The position numbers and the translations under genes are program-made. From an uncultured bacterium (lineage in GTDB: Bacteria > Krumholzibacteriota > Krumholzibacteriia > JACNKJ01), in NCBI GenBank assembly GCA_963695095.1, contig CAVOFT010000001.1, positions 704,001-768,000 on the forward strand: DNA of 64,000 bases, given 5' to 3'. The notes beneath the pieces are model-generated. The model was not told the origin of the DNA and ran no database searches. It saw only the letters and a list, made by a program, of their open reading frames with translations. Shown here piece by piece: positions 44,145-54,025 of the stretch; within the stretch, counting starts at the first letter, position 1, and each line of letters starts with the position of its first letter.

Positions 44145-44267
44145 CGCGCGGCGGGTGACGCCCCAGCAGGTGGGGCTGTCGTGGCCCTCTGACGCGCACC
44201 TGTGAAGCGGTGCGCGGAGGAGGGCCACGACAGCCCCGCTATCTACTGGAACTTCACCCGCCGCTCG
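44145..44267 (-). repeat. REPIN-like nested hairpin, copy B (inverted relative to A)
   Basis: GGGGCTGTCGTGGCCCTC...GAGGGCCACGACAGCCCC arms around the shared core. Confidence 0.75.
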
Positions 44268-44995
44268 TCCCCATCGATGACCTGGATATCCCCCAGCGCG
44301 TCCAGCCCGACGATCTCCAGCTTGCCGTCGCCGTCGATGTCGAAGATGTCCATCACATCGCCGAAGGGCCGCTCGAACTCCCACTTGAGCTGGCGAAAGC
44401 GGGCGTCGAGCACCTGGCCGCTGCTGAGCACGATGTCCGGCTGCCCGTCGGCGTCCACGTCCGCCACGAGCACCTTGCGCGCCTTGTACTCCTCGGCGCT
44501 GCGGAACTCCTCGCTCTCCTTGTCGCCCGACATGATCACCAGCCGGTTATCGGCCACGATCACGATCTCCGGCTTGCCGTCGCCGTCCACCTCGGCCACC
44601 GTGAAGCTCTCCAGGGACTGGAAATAGTTCTCGGGCGTGCGCCAGATGTCCTCCAGCGTGTCCAGGTTGATGACGAACAGGTCCCCCCGCCGCGTGCTGA
44701 CGATCAGCTCGTTGCGCCGGTCGCCCGTGGCGTCGGCCACGCGCACCTCCTTGACCGGCGCCCAGACTTCCCGCTGCCGCTTCGTTTGCAGGCGGCCGGT
44801 GGCGCGGTCGCGCTCGATGAAGTAGAGGAAGCCCCGCTGGGTGCCGTAGACGAAGGAATCCAGGGTGTCGTCGATCATCTCGGCACTGTCATGGTGCTCC
44901 ACGAAGGCCCAGGGATAGGACTGGTTGACCCAGTCCTGGGCCCCGGCGGGGGCGGCGAGGCCGGCGAGCGCGAGCAGGGCGGCGAACTGGCGCAT
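44243..44995 (-). CDS. Secreted FG-GAP/VCBS-like repeat protein
   Basis: Signal peptide; four 'D.DGDG..EIV'-type motifs. Confidence 0.75.
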   Translation of the reverse strand: MRQFAALLALAGLAAPAGAQDWVNQSYPWAFVEHHDSAEMIDDTLDSFVYGTQRGFLYFIERDRATGRLQTKRQREVWAPVKEVRVADATGDRRNELIVSTRRGDLFVINLDTLEDIWRTPENYFQSLESFTVAEVDGDGKPEIVIVADNRLVIMSGDKESEEFRSAEEYKARKVLVADVDADGQPDIVLSSGQVLDARFRQLKWEFERPFGDVMDIFDIDGDGKLEIVGLDALGDIQVIDGDERRVKFQ

Positions 44996-45151
44996 GGCTC
45001 TCCTTGCGGGTGGGAATGCCCAAAGATAGCACGCCTTGCCCGCGGCACAAAGCGCCTGAACCCGGCGCCCCCGGCTTGAATGCTGCCCGGCCGGGGGGTG
45101 CGCTTTACACGACAGGGGCTTTGGCGTACCTTGGAGGCCTCTACTTGATCG

Positions 45152-46036
45152 ATGGCCGACGGAGGTGCGCCCATGGCGGGGCGTTTGAGTGATCGTTACA
45201 GCCCGGCGGCGCTGGAAGCGCTGCGCGTGGCCGACCTGCGCGAGCTGGCCCGCAAGCACAAGCTCGTCGGCACCAGCGCGCTGCGCAAGGCCGAGCTGGC
45301 CGCCGCGCTCCACCGACACTTCATTCAATTGGACGAGGCTGCCGCGGCCCGCCAGCGCGAGCGCGCCGATCGCCTGCCCGCCCAGACCGCCGCGCCGGCG
45401 CCCGTGGCGCCCGTGCCCGCCAGCGAGGCGGCTCCGCCCACGCCACCGGCGGCCGATCCGGGCTCCATGCGCGATCCGGCCTGGTACGCGCCGCCCCTGC
45501 CCGAGCGCTACGACGTGGATCGCCTCACGCTCATGGTGCGCGATCCCCACTGGCTCTTCTGCTACTGGGAACTGCGCCCGGCCCTGATCGCCGAAGCCCG
45601 CGCCGAGTTCCCCGGCCCGAGCTGGGTCGTCCTGCGCATCCTCCATCTCGACGAGGCGGAGGGCGTCCACGACACCTGGACCATCGACATCGGCAGCGAG
45701 GCCCGGAGCTGGTACGTCAACACCGGCCGGCCGGGCGGCCGCTTCCGCGCCGAGCTCGGCCTCACGGACGCCGACGGCCGCTATCGCCTGCTCGTGGCGA
45801 GCAACACGGTCCGCGCGCCCATGGACACCCCCTCGGTGCGCTGGGACGAGGAGTGGGTGGGCGTCAGCCGCGAAGTCTGGGAGCAGATCGAGCGCGCGCC
45901 GCGTCCCTTCCCGGGCTCGCTCGGGGGCTGGGATCATCTCCGCCGCGATCTGGCCCGCCTGGGATCCGAGCGCGTGGGCGCGTCAGAGCGCCTCTCCGCC
46001 ACCGCGCCCGGCGCCGGCAAGGGGAAGGGCTCGTGA
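45152..46036 (+). CDS. DUF4912-domain protein with Rho-N-terminal-like domain
   Basis: LRVADLRELARK...LRKAEL; LPERY..DRLTLMVRDP.WLFCYWE; AELG...SN.V.AP. Confidence 0.85.
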   Translation: MADGGAPMAGRLSDRYSPAALEALRVADLRELARKHKLVGTSALRKAELAAALHRHFIQLDEAAAARQRERADRLPAQTAAPAPVAPVPASEAAPPTPPAADPGSMRDPAWYAPPLPERYDVDRLTLMVRDPHWLFCYWELRPALIAEARAEFPGPSWVVLRILHLDEAEGVHDTWTIDIGSEARSWYVNTGRPGGRFRAELGLTDADGRYRLLVASNTVRAPMDTPSVRWDEEWVGVSREVWEQIERAPRPFPGSLGGWDHLRRDLARLGSERVGASERLSATAPGAGKGKGS

Positions 46037-47688
46037 GCCCCGCGCCCCGCCCCGGCCGCGTGGCCCTCGTGCTGCACCACCACCTGCCCTACATCCGGCA
46101 CCCCGAGTACGAGGACTTCATGGAGGAGGACTGGCTCCACCAGGCGGTGGCGGAGACCTATCTGCCGCTGCTGGGCGTCTTCGAGCGCCTGCGCGCCGAC
46201 GGCGTGCCCTACCGGGTCACCGTCTCGCTGACGCCGCCCCTGATCTCCATGCTCGACGACCCGCTGCTGCGCGACCGCACCGAGCGCCACCTGACGCGCC
46301 TGCTGCGCCTGGCCGAGGCCGAAGTGCTGCGCACCCGCGGCGATGACGGCCGCGCGCGCCTGGCCAGCTACTACCGCGAGCACTTCGGCGGCATGCGCGA
46401 CCGCTACCTGCAGGAGTACGGCCGCGACATCGTCTCGCGCTACCGCGACCTGCAAGACAGCGGGCACCTGGAGATCGTCACCTGCGGCGCCACGCACGGC
46501 TTCCTGCCGCTGATGAACGATCATCAGCCGGCCATGCGCGCGCAGATCGCCGTCGCCGTCGAGCACTACCGCGGGCGCTTCGGCCGCCAGCCGCGCGGCA
46601 TCTGGCTGGCCGAGTGCGGCTATCAGCCCGGCGTCGAGCAGCTCCTCGCCGATGCGGGCCTCGAGTACTTCTTCGTGGACACGCACGGCCTGGCCTTCGC
46701 CGAGCCGCGCCCGCGCTACGGCGTCTTCGCGCCGATCATGACGGACAGCGGCGTGGCCGCCTTCGGCCGCGACCTCGAATCGAGCCACCAGGTCTGGAGC
46801 GCCGAGGCGGGCTATCCGGGCGATCCCGTCTACCGCGAGTTCTACCGCGACCTGGGCTGGGACCTGGACCTCGACTACCTGAAGCCCTTCCTCGGCCACC
46901 ACGGCTTCCGCAAGTCCACGGGCGTCAAGTATCACCGCGTGACCGGCAAGGTCGCCCTGCACGAGAAGCAGCTCTACGACCCCTGGGCCGCGCGGGACAA
47001 GGCGGACGAGCACGCCGGCAACTTCCTCTTCAACCGTGAGCGGCAGGTCGAGGATCTCGCCGGCCGCATGGATCGGCCGCCCGTGATCGTGGCGCCCTAC
47101 GACGCCGAGCTCTTCGGCCACTGGTGGTACGAGGGGCCGCGCTTCCTCGAGTCCTTCATCCGCAAGAGCGCCTACGACACGCGCCTGTACAGCCTGGCCA
47201 GTCCGGGCGACGTGCTCGACGAGCAGCCCATCAACCAGCGGGCCACGCCCAGCTTCTCGAGCTGGGGCTACAAGGGCTACTGCGAGTTCTGGCTCAACGG
47301 CGACAACGACTGGATCTACCGCCACCTGCACCAGGCCCAGGAGCGGATGACCCGCCTGGCCGATGCCGGCGGCGCCGGCGGCGGCCAGCTCCGGGAGCGC
47401 TTGCTGGCGCAGGCCGGGCGCGAGCTGCTGCTCGCGCAGAGCAGCGACTGGGCCTTCATCATGAAGACGGGCACGGTGGTCGAGTACGCCGAGAAGCGCA
47501 CCAAGGAGCACCTGCACCGCTTCGCGGCGCTGGCGGACATGCTCGAGGGCGGCGCGCTGGACGAGGGCCGTCTCGCCGACTACGAGGGCCGCGACAACAT
47601 CTTCCCCGCCATCGACTGGCGGCACTGGCGCAGCCGCCCCGGCGAAGTCCTCGCCGCCGGCGCCCTGCGCGCGCCCGCCGCCGGCTAG
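46033..47688 (+). CDS. GH57 1,4-alpha-glucan branching enzyme (DUF1957)
   Basis: LHHHLPY, ETYLPL, THGFLP, GIWLAECG, PYDAELFGHWWYEG and LAQSSDWAFI. Confidence 0.92.
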   Translation: MSPAPRPGRVALVLHHHLPYIRHPEYEDFMEEDWLHQAVAETYLPLLGVFERLRADGVPYRVTVSLTPPLISMLDDPLLRDRTERHLTRLLRLAEAEVLRTRGDDGRARLASYYREHFGGMRDRYLQEYGRDIVSRYRDLQDSGHLEIVTCGATHGFLPLMNDHQPAMRAQIAVAVEHYRGRFGRQPRGIWLAECGYQPGVEQLLADAGLEYFFVDTHGLAFAEPRPRYGVFAPIMTDSGVAAFGRDLESSHQVWSAEAGYPGDPVYREFYRDLGWDLDLDYLKPFLGHHGFRKSTGVKYHRVTGKVALHEKQLYDPWAARDKADEHAGNFLFNRERQVEDLAGRMDRPPVIVAPYDAELFGHWWYEGPRFLESFIRKSAYDTRLYSLASPGDVLDEQPINQRATPSFSSWGYKGYCEFWLNGDNDWIYRHLHQAQERMTRLADAGGAGGGQLRERLLAQAGRELLLAQSSDWAFIMKTGTVVEYAEKRTKEHLHRFAALADMLEGGALDEGRLADYEGRDNIFPAIDWRHWRSRPGEVLAAGALRAPAAG

Positions 47689-47713
47689 GGCGCCGCGGCC
47701 GAGGGAGTCAAGC

Positions 47714-48589
47714 GTGATCAGGAGCATGACGGGCTTCGGCAGCGCGCGGCGCGCGGCGACGGACTTCGAGATCCTCGTCGACCTGCGCTCCGTGAACAAT
47801 CGCTTCTTCGACTTCCAGGCCCGCCTGCCCCGCGAGCTGAGCTACATCGAGGGGGAGCTGCTCGAGCGCTGCAAGGCGCGCGGGCTGCGCGGACGCGTGA
47901 ACGTCCAGGTCGCCCTGGAGCGAACGGCCGGCGCCGCGCGGCCGCGCCTGGATGCGGAGGTCATGGCCGCTTACATCGAGGCCGTCGACAAGCTCTGCGC
48001 CGAGCACGGCTTCGCCGAGCGCGGGAGCGCGGCCCAGTTCCTCGCCCTGCCCGAGCTCTTCGGCGCGCCGGCCAGCGAGCCGGATCGCGAGCTGGTCTCG
48101 CGACTGGTCGGCGAGGCCCTCGAGGAAGCGCTCGACGGCCTGGCGGCGATGAAGCTGCGCGAAGGCGCGGCGCTGGCCGCGGAGCTGGACGGCCGGGTGG
48201 CGGTCCTCCAGGCCGCGCTCGGCCGCATCGAGGCCGGCCTGCCCGAAGCGCGGGCGACCCTCAAGGCCGGGCTCGAGGCCCGCATCGCCGACTTGCTGGG
48301 CGAGCTGGCGGTGGATCCCCAGCGGCTCGCGCAGGAGCTGGCCATCCTCATCGACCGCAGCGACCTCACCGAGGAGACCGTGCGCCTGGCCAGCCATCTG
48401 GAGCAGTTCCGGGCGGCACTGGCCGACGGCGGCGAGGTTGCCAAGAAGCTCGGCTTCCTGCTGCAGGAGATCCTGCGCGAGGCCAACACGATCGGCGCCA
48501 AGGCCCAGGCGCTGGCGATCGTCCAGGAAGTGCTGCTGATCAAGGAAGAGACGGAGAAGATCCGCGAGCAGATCCAGAACATCGAGTGA
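47714..48589 (+). CDS. yicC: YicC/YloC-family endoribonuclease
   Basis: MIRSMTGFG, SVNNRF, EETVRLASH, REANTIGAK and EKIREQIQNIE. Confidence 0.93.
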   Translation: MIRSMTGFGSARRAATDFEILVDLRSVNNRFFDFQARLPRELSYIEGELLERCKARGLRGRVNVQVALERTAGAARPRLDAEVMAAYIEAVDKLCAEHGFAERGSAAQFLALPELFGAPASEPDRELVSRLVGEALEEALDGLAAMKLREGAALAAELDGRVAVLQAALGRIEAGLPEARATLKAGLEARIADLLGELAVDPQRLAQELAILIDRSDLTEETVRLASHLEQFRAALADGGEVAKKLGFLLQEILREANTIGAKAQALAIVQEVLLIKEETEKIREQIQNIE

Positions 48590-49263
48590 CGAACCCCACC
48601 CCGCCCTGCAGCACGCCCTGTCCGCCGGACCCCCAGGGGTCGGGCCTGGCCGTGGTCGTCTCCGGCCCCTCGGGCGCCGGCAAGACGACGCTCGTCAAGC
48701 ACATGATGCTGCGCAGTTCGCGCAGCCACTTCTCGATCAGCGCCACGACGCGGGCGCCGCGAGGCGAGGAGGTCGACGGGGTCGATTACCGCTTCCTGGC
48801 CCGCGAGGCCTTCCTCGATCTGCGCGACAAGGGCGGCCTGCTCGAGTGGGCCGAAGTGCACGGCGAGTTCTACGGCACGCCGCGCGGCGAGGTCTGTCCC
48901 TATCTGCAGGACGGCCGCCACGTCTTCCTCGACATCGACGTGCAGGGCGCGCTCAGCGTGAAGCAGGCGCTGCCCGCGCAGTCCTGGCTGCTCTTCGTGT
49001 TGCCGCCGGACATGGCGCTGCTCGCCGCGCGCCTGCGCGGCCGCGGCACCGATGCCGAGGACGTCGTCGCCCGCCGCCTGGCCAACGCGATCGGCGAGCT
49101 GGCCGCGCTGCCGCGCTTCGACGCCGTCGTGGTGAACGATGAGCTGGCTCAGGCCGTCGAGCGGGCCGCCCTGCTCCTGGCCGGCCGCGAGCGCAACCTG
49201 GCGGCCTGGCTGGCGGCGGGGGGCCGCGAGTTCATGCGCGGGGCCTTCGGCGTCGCGGTCTGA
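48586..49263 (+). CDS. gmk: Guanylate kinase
   Basis: SGPSGAGKTT, SATTRAPR.EVDGVDY and YGTP. Confidence 0.95.
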   Translation: MTNPTPPCSTPCPPDPQGSGLAVVVSGPSGAGKTTLVKHMMLRSSRSHFSISATTRAPRGEEVDGVDYRFLAREAFLDLRDKGGLLEWAEVHGEFYGTPRGEVCPYLQDGRHVFLDIDVQGALSVKQALPAQSWLLFVLPPDMALLAARLRGRGTDAEDVVARRLANAIGELAALPRFDAVVVNDELAQAVERAALLLAGRERNLAAWLAAGGREFMRGAFGVAV

Positions 49264-49280
49264 TTCCGTAGCTCGCAAAA

Positions 49281-49334
49281 TATCAACAAGTTACTGCTTT
49301 GGCGCTTGTGTTTCGCCGCAGTCCTTGATAACTT
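49281..49334 (+). promoter_or_regulatory. IHF-consensus site and sigma70 promoter upstream of rpoZ
   Basis: TATCAACAAGTTA matches WATCAANNNNTTR; TTGTGT-17nt-TAACTT with an extended TG. Confidence 0.45.
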
Positions 49335-49376
49335 GCTTGTTCCCATCATCCCCAACGGCTGCGAGGTATCCCCGCT

Positions 49377-49640
49377 ATGGGCTTCGTTCCCATCGAGAAG
49401 GTCACGACTCGCGTTCGCAACAAGTACGAGGCCGTGCTGGTGGCCGCCAAGGAAGCGCGCGTGCAGAACAGCATCGCCCAGCTCCGGGACCAGGATCCCA
49501 ACGGCGTCTACCCGAAGATCACCACGCTGTCCCTGACCCGGCTCATCGCCGGCAAGATCCGCTACTCCTACGGCGAGATCGAGCCGCTGGCCCCCGAGGA
49601 GACGACCGAGCAGCTCGATCTGGAAGAAGAGAGCAGCTAG
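49377..49640 (+). CDS. rpoZ: RNA polymerase omega subunit
   Basis: NKYEAVLVAAKEAR; lies between gmk and coaBC. Confidence 0.85.
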   Translation: MGFVPIEKVTTRVRNKYEAVLVAAKEARVQNSIAQLRDQDPNGVYPKITTLSLTRLIAGKIRYSYGEIEPLAPEETTEQLDLEEESS

Positions 49641-49644
49641 CGCC

Positions 49645-50904
49645 ATGCCCGGCGATGCGCCCAGTCCCCTCGCGGGCCTGCGGATCGTCCTCGGCGTCTC
49701 GGGCGGCATCGCCGCCTACAAGGCGGCCGTCCTGTTGCGCCTCCTGCGCAAGGACGGAGCGGAAGTCGTCGTGACGATGACCGAGGCCGCCACCCAGTTC
49801 ATCGGCCCCCTGACGATGGCCACCCTGAGCGGCAAGCCCGTCATCACCAGTCTCTGGGAGCGGGTGGCGGACGCGACCCTGCCCAGCGACGTCGAGCACA
49901 TCGGCCTCGTCAAGTGGGCCGACCTCGCCCTGCTGGCGCCGGCCACGATGAACACCCTCGGCGAGCTGGCCCGCGGCCTGGCGGACGACCCCGTCACCAC
50001 CTTCTTCGGCGCCTTCCCGGCCGAGCGCGCCCTGCTCGCCCCGGCGATGAACGGCGGCATGTGGCGCAACCCCGCCACGCGCAAGAACGTGCGCCTGCTG
50101 CGCGCCCGCGGCTACACGATCACCGGCCCCGGCCGCGGCGAGCTGGCCTGCGGCGACGAGGACGAGGGCCGCATGGCCGAGCCCGAGCAGATCATGAACG
50201 CCCTGGCCGGTCTCGTGAGGCGGGGGCCGCTGGCCGGGCGTCGCGTCCTGGTCACGGCCGGCCCCACGCGCGAATGGATCGACCCCGTGCGCTACTTGAG
50301 CAATGCCTCGACGGGCACGATGGGCCTGGCTATCGCCGAGGCGGCCCGCGCCCTCGGCGCAGGGGTCACCCTGGTCGCCGGCCCCGGCGTGGCGGCGGCG
50401 CATGCGGCCATCCGCCGCGTCGACGTGGAGAGCGCCGCCGACATGGCCAGTGCCGTCCATGCGGCCGCCGCCGAGGCCGAGCTGACCGTGATGGCCGCCG
50501 CGGTGGCCGACTGGCGGCCGGTGGCCGCCGCACCCGGCAAGCTCAAGAAGGCGGCCGGCCCGCCGGCGGTGGCGCTGGAGCCCACGGAGGACATCCTCGC
50601 CGCGCTCGCCGCGCGCGGCCTGGGCGGCCTGCGCGTCGGCTTCGCCCTCGAGACCACGGGGCTCGAGGAGAGCGCCCGCGCCAAGCTGGAGGCGAAGGGG
50701 CTCGCGCTGGTGGTGGCCAACGCCGTCGGCGAGGGCGCCGGCTTCGGCACCGGCGACAACACGGTGCTCGTGCTGGGCCCCGCCGGTTTCCGGCGCGAGT
50801 ACCCGCGCATGGACAAGCGGGCCCTCGGCCGCGAACTCATGGCGCTCTTCGCCGACCGTCTGGGCAAGACCGATGCGGACCGCGCCGAGGCCGGCCACCA
50901 CTAA
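49645..50904 (+). CDS. coaBC: Bifunctional PPC decarboxylase/PPC synthetase
   Basis: GGIAAYKA, APAMN..MW, LACGDE.EGR, VTAGPTRE.IDPVRY and GFALET. Confidence 0.95.
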   Translation: MPGDAPSPLAGLRIVLGVSGGIAAYKAAVLLRLLRKDGAEVVVTMTEAATQFIGPLTMATLSGKPVITSLWERVADATLPSDVEHIGLVKWADLALLAPATMNTLGELARGLADDPVTTFFGAFPAERALLAPAMNGGMWRNPATRKNVRLLRARGYTITGPGRGELACGDEDEGRMAEPEQIMNALAGLVRRGPLAGRRVLVTAGPTREWIDPVRYLSNASTGTMGLAIAEAARALGAGVTLVAGPGVAAAHAAIRRVDVESAADMASAVHAAAAEAELTVMAAAVADWRPVAAAPGKLKKAAGPPAVALEPTEDILAALAARGLGGLRVGFALETTGLEESARAKLEAKGLALVVANAVGEGAGFGTGDNTVLVLGPAGFRREYPRMDKRALGRELMALFADRLGKTDADRAEAGHH

Positions 50905-52610
50905 TGCGACTCTGGGCGCCCGATCTCCAACCCAAGTTGATCACCGTGCTGCGCGAGGGTTACTCGCGGCAGCAGTTCGGGCGGGACGCCATGGCCGGTC
51001 TCGTCGTGGGCATCGTCGCCCTGCCCCTGGCGATCGCCTTTGCCATCGCCTCAGGCGTGCGCCCGGAGCAGGGCATCTACACGGCCATCGTGGGCGGCTT
51101 CCTGATCTCCGCCCTCGGCGGCAGCCGCGTGCAGATCGGCGGGCCGACTGGCGCCTTCGTCATCATCGTTGCGGGGGTGGTCGAGCGCTTCGGCTACGAG
51201 GGGCTTGCCGTGGCCACCCTGCTCGCGGGGGCTATCCTGGTGCTGATGGCCCTGGTGCGCCTCGGTGCGGTGATCCGCTTCATCCCCTATCCCGTCACCA
51301 TCGGCTTCACGACGGGTATCGCTCTCATCATCGCTACCGGGCAGCTGCGCGACGGCCTCGGCCTGCCGATGGACAGCCTGCCCGCGGGCTTCCTGGCCAA
51401 GTGCGCTGCCTACGGCGAGCACCTCGGCGGCGCCGACGGCAATTCGCTCGCGCTCGCCCTGCTCACGATGGGCGTCATCTGGCTCTGGCCGCGCATCACG
51501 ACCCGCGTGCCCGGTCCCCTGATCGCCCTCGTCGTCGCCACCGCCGTGGTCCACGCGCTGGACCTCGACGTGGAGACCGTGGGCAGCCGCTTCGGCGGCG
51601 TGCCCAGCGGGCTGCCCAGGCTGATCTGGCCCCAGGTCGAACCAGGAATGATCTCTGCGCTGTTGCCGGCGGCAATCTCGATCGCCGTGCTGGCGGGCAT
51701 CGAGTCGCTGCTCAGCGCTCTCGTCGCCGACGGCATGATTGGCGGCCGCCATCGCAGCAACGCCGAGCTGCTCGGCCAGGGGGTGGCGAACCTCGTAACC
51801 CCGCTCGTGGGTGGCATCCCGGCCACGGGCGCCATCGCGCGCACGGCCACCAACGTCAAGTCGGGTGGGCGCACTCCCCTCGCCGGCATCATGCATGCGC
51901 TCTTCCTGCTCACCGTCGTTGTGGTCGGCGGCCGCTGGGCAGCGCTGATTCCGCTACCGGCCCTCGCGGGCTTCCTCGTCATCATCGCCTACAACATGAG
52001 CGAGTGGCGGCACTTCTTGCGCCTCTTCCGCGGCCCGCGGAGCGACGTGCTCGTGCTGCTCACCACCTTCCTGCTCACGGTGCTCGTGGACATCAACGTC
52101 GCCATCCAGGCGGGCGTCGTGCTGGCGGCGCTTCTGCTCATGCACCGCATGGCCGAGGTGAGCGTGGTCAAGCCGGTCACGGACCTGCTCGACTACGAGG
52201 ATGGCGCTGCCGGCCAGGTCGCCGCCGCGCCGCCACCACCCGGTGTCGAGGTCTTCGAGATCAACGGTTCCTTCTGCTTCGGCGCCGTCGGCAAGTTCAC
52301 CGAGATCACGGCGAGCTTGAAGACGCGGCCGCGGGTGGTCATCCTGCGCATGCGCAACGTGCTGGCGATGGACGCCACGGGCCTCCATGCGCTCGAGAGC
52401 GTGGCCGCCCGCTACCGCCGCCAGCGGACGACGCTGCTACTCACCGGCGTCCACGCGCAGCCCATGCTCGCCCTGGCCAAGAGCGGCACCTTGGTCCAGA
52501 TCGGCTCGGAGAACCTGTATCAGGACTTCGAGCTGGCCCTCGCGCGGGCACGCGAGCTCGTCGCTGCTGGCGAGTCGCGGCCGCCAGAAGCACGAGAAGA
52601 GAAGCGATGA
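50904..52610 (+). CDS. SulP-family anion transporter with STAS domain
   Basis: ALPLAIAFAIASG, QIGGPTGAF, ESLLSA and TGAIART; C-terminal STAS domain. Confidence 0.93.
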   Translation: MRLWAPDLQPKLITVLREGYSRQQFGRDAMAGLVVGIVALPLAIAFAIASGVRPEQGIYTAIVGGFLISALGGSRVQIGGPTGAFVIIVAGVVERFGYEGLAVATLLAGAILVLMALVRLGAVIRFIPYPVTIGFTTGIALIIATGQLRDGLGLPMDSLPAGFLAKCAAYGEHLGGADGNSLALALLTMGVIWLWPRITTRVPGPLIALVVATAVVHALDLDVETVGSRFGGVPSGLPRLIWPQVEPGMISALLPAAISIAVLAGIESLLSALVADGMIGGRHRSNAELLGQGVANLVTPLVGGIPATGAIARTATNVKSGGRTPLAGIMHALFLLTVVVVGGRWAALIPLPALAGFLVIIAYNMSEWRHFLRLFRGPRSDVLVLLTTFLLTVLVDINVAIQAGVVLAALLLMHRMAEVSVVKPVTDLLDYEDGAAGQVAAAPPPPGVEVFEINGSFCFGAVGKFTEITASLKTRPRVVILRMRNVLAMDATGLHALESVAARYRRQRTTLLLTGVHAQPMLALAKSGTLVQIGSENLYQDFELALARARELVAAGESRPPEAREEKR

Positions 52611-53341
52611 GCGAGGAATTCAAGAACGTCTACGACGATGCCCGGCGGGCCGAAGCCTATGCCCAGCTCGAGTTTCCCGGCACCTACCACCTGGCCTTCC
52701 GCGACCTGCCGGCGCTCATCGCGGCGCAGGTGCGCGGGCGCCGCGCCCTGGACTTCGGCTGCGGCGCCGGGCGCTCGACGCGCTTCCTGGGCGGGCTCGG
52801 CTTCACGGCAGTGGGCATCGACATCGCCGAGCCCATGCTCGCCCTCGCGCGTGCCGCCGATCCGGCCGGCGACTACCGCCTGGTGAGCACGGCCGGCCTC
52901 GCCGACTTGACGGCGGCCTCCTTCGATCTCGTGCTCTCGGCCTTCACCTTCGACAACATCCGGGACCGGGCGGAGAAGGTGTCGCTCTTCCGGTGCCTGG
53001 GCCGCCTGCTGGCTCCGGCCGGGCGGATCGTCAGCATCGTCTCGTCGCCCGACATCTACCTGAACGAGTGGGCCTCCTTCAGCACCAAGGAGTATCCGGA
53101 GAACCGGGCGGCGCAGAGCGGCGAGCGCGTGCGCATCGTCATGCTCGACGTGCCGGACCGGCGCCCCGTGGAAGACGTCGTCTGCTTCGAAGCGGACTAC
53201 CTGGAGATCTACCGGGAGTCCGGGCTCGCCGTGCGCGAAGCGCTGCGCCCGCTGGCCCGCGGTGACGAGCCCTGGCCCTGGGTGAGCGAGACGCACATCG
53301 CGCCCTGGGTGATCTATCTACTGGGCCGCATCGAGGCCTGA
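52607..53341 (+). CDS. Class I SAM-dependent methyltransferase
   Basis: ALDFGCGAGRSTR. Confidence 0.88.
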   Translation: MSEEFKNVYDDARRAEAYAQLEFPGTYHLAFRDLPALIAAQVRGRRALDFGCGAGRSTRFLGGLGFTAVGIDIAEPMLALARAADPAGDYRLVSTAGLADLTAASFDLVLSAFTFDNIRDRAEKVSLFRCLGRLLAPAGRIVSIVSSPDIYLNEWASFSTKEYPENRAAQSGERVRIVMLDVPDRRPVEDVVCFEADYLEIYRESGLAVREALRPLARGDEPWPWVSETHIAPWVIYLLGRIEA

Positions 53342-53401
53342 GCTTGCGCGGCCGGCGCTGCCGGCCTGCGCATCGCGCGGAGCCCGCTGCCGGCGGAGTC
53401 C

Positions 53402-54025
53402 CTAGTAGAGCGACTTGATGCGACTCAGCGTCGCGGGCTCCGTGGCGGTCGCCGGCGAGAGCACGATGCCGTCGATGCCCAGGAAGGCATTCAGGCCGTT
53501 CACGCTGTGCGGCCCGAAGCCCAGCGCATGCTCGCTGGCCACCACGGTGAAGGTGATGCTGCCGGCCGACCACAGGTTGTTCGGCAGGGCGCCCGTCGTC
53601 GGCGCCATCTCGGCGGAGTAGAGCCCGCTGCCCTCGCCGTCGATGTAGAGCTGCCAGTTCGCGATGGCGCTCCAGCTGCCGCCGACGTTGCTGACGCCGA
53701 AGCCCAGGTTGGACTGGTAGAAGGTGACGGTGTACTCGGCGAAGGGGATCAGCCCGCTCACGGTCTGCTGAAAGGCCTCGGTGCCGACGGGGTTCACGGT
53801 CACGGTCTGGGTGCCGGCGACGAAGCTGCCGCCGTCCGGCGACAGATTGTAGGCCTCGTGCGGACCGGCGGCATCCTCGGTGTCGCAGTCGGGAAACAGC
53901 TGCGCCCAGCCGATGGGCAGGACCGAATAGCCGGCGGGGCCGGTCAGGCTGCCATTCACGAAGGACTGGCCGAGCGCGGGCGCCGCGCCGAGCAAGATGA
54001 TCACTACGAAGACCGCGCGGTGCAT
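53402..54025 (-). CDS. Secreted hypothetical protein (CBM-like beta-sandwich) ending in 'TLSRIKSLY'
   Basis: Signal peptide; FVNGS, QTVSGL...YTVTF and GIDGIVL. Confidence 0.7.
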   Translation of the reverse strand: MHRAVFVVIILLGAAPALGQSFVNGSLTGPAGYSVLPIGWAQLFPDCDTEDAAGPHEAYNLSPDGGSFVAGTQTVTVNPVGTEAFQQTVSGLIPFAEYTVTFYQSNLGFGVSNVGGSWSAIANWQLYIDGEGSGLYSAEMAPTTGALPNNLWSAGSITFTVVASEHALGFGPHSVNGLNAFLGIDGIVLSPATATEPATLSRIKSLY

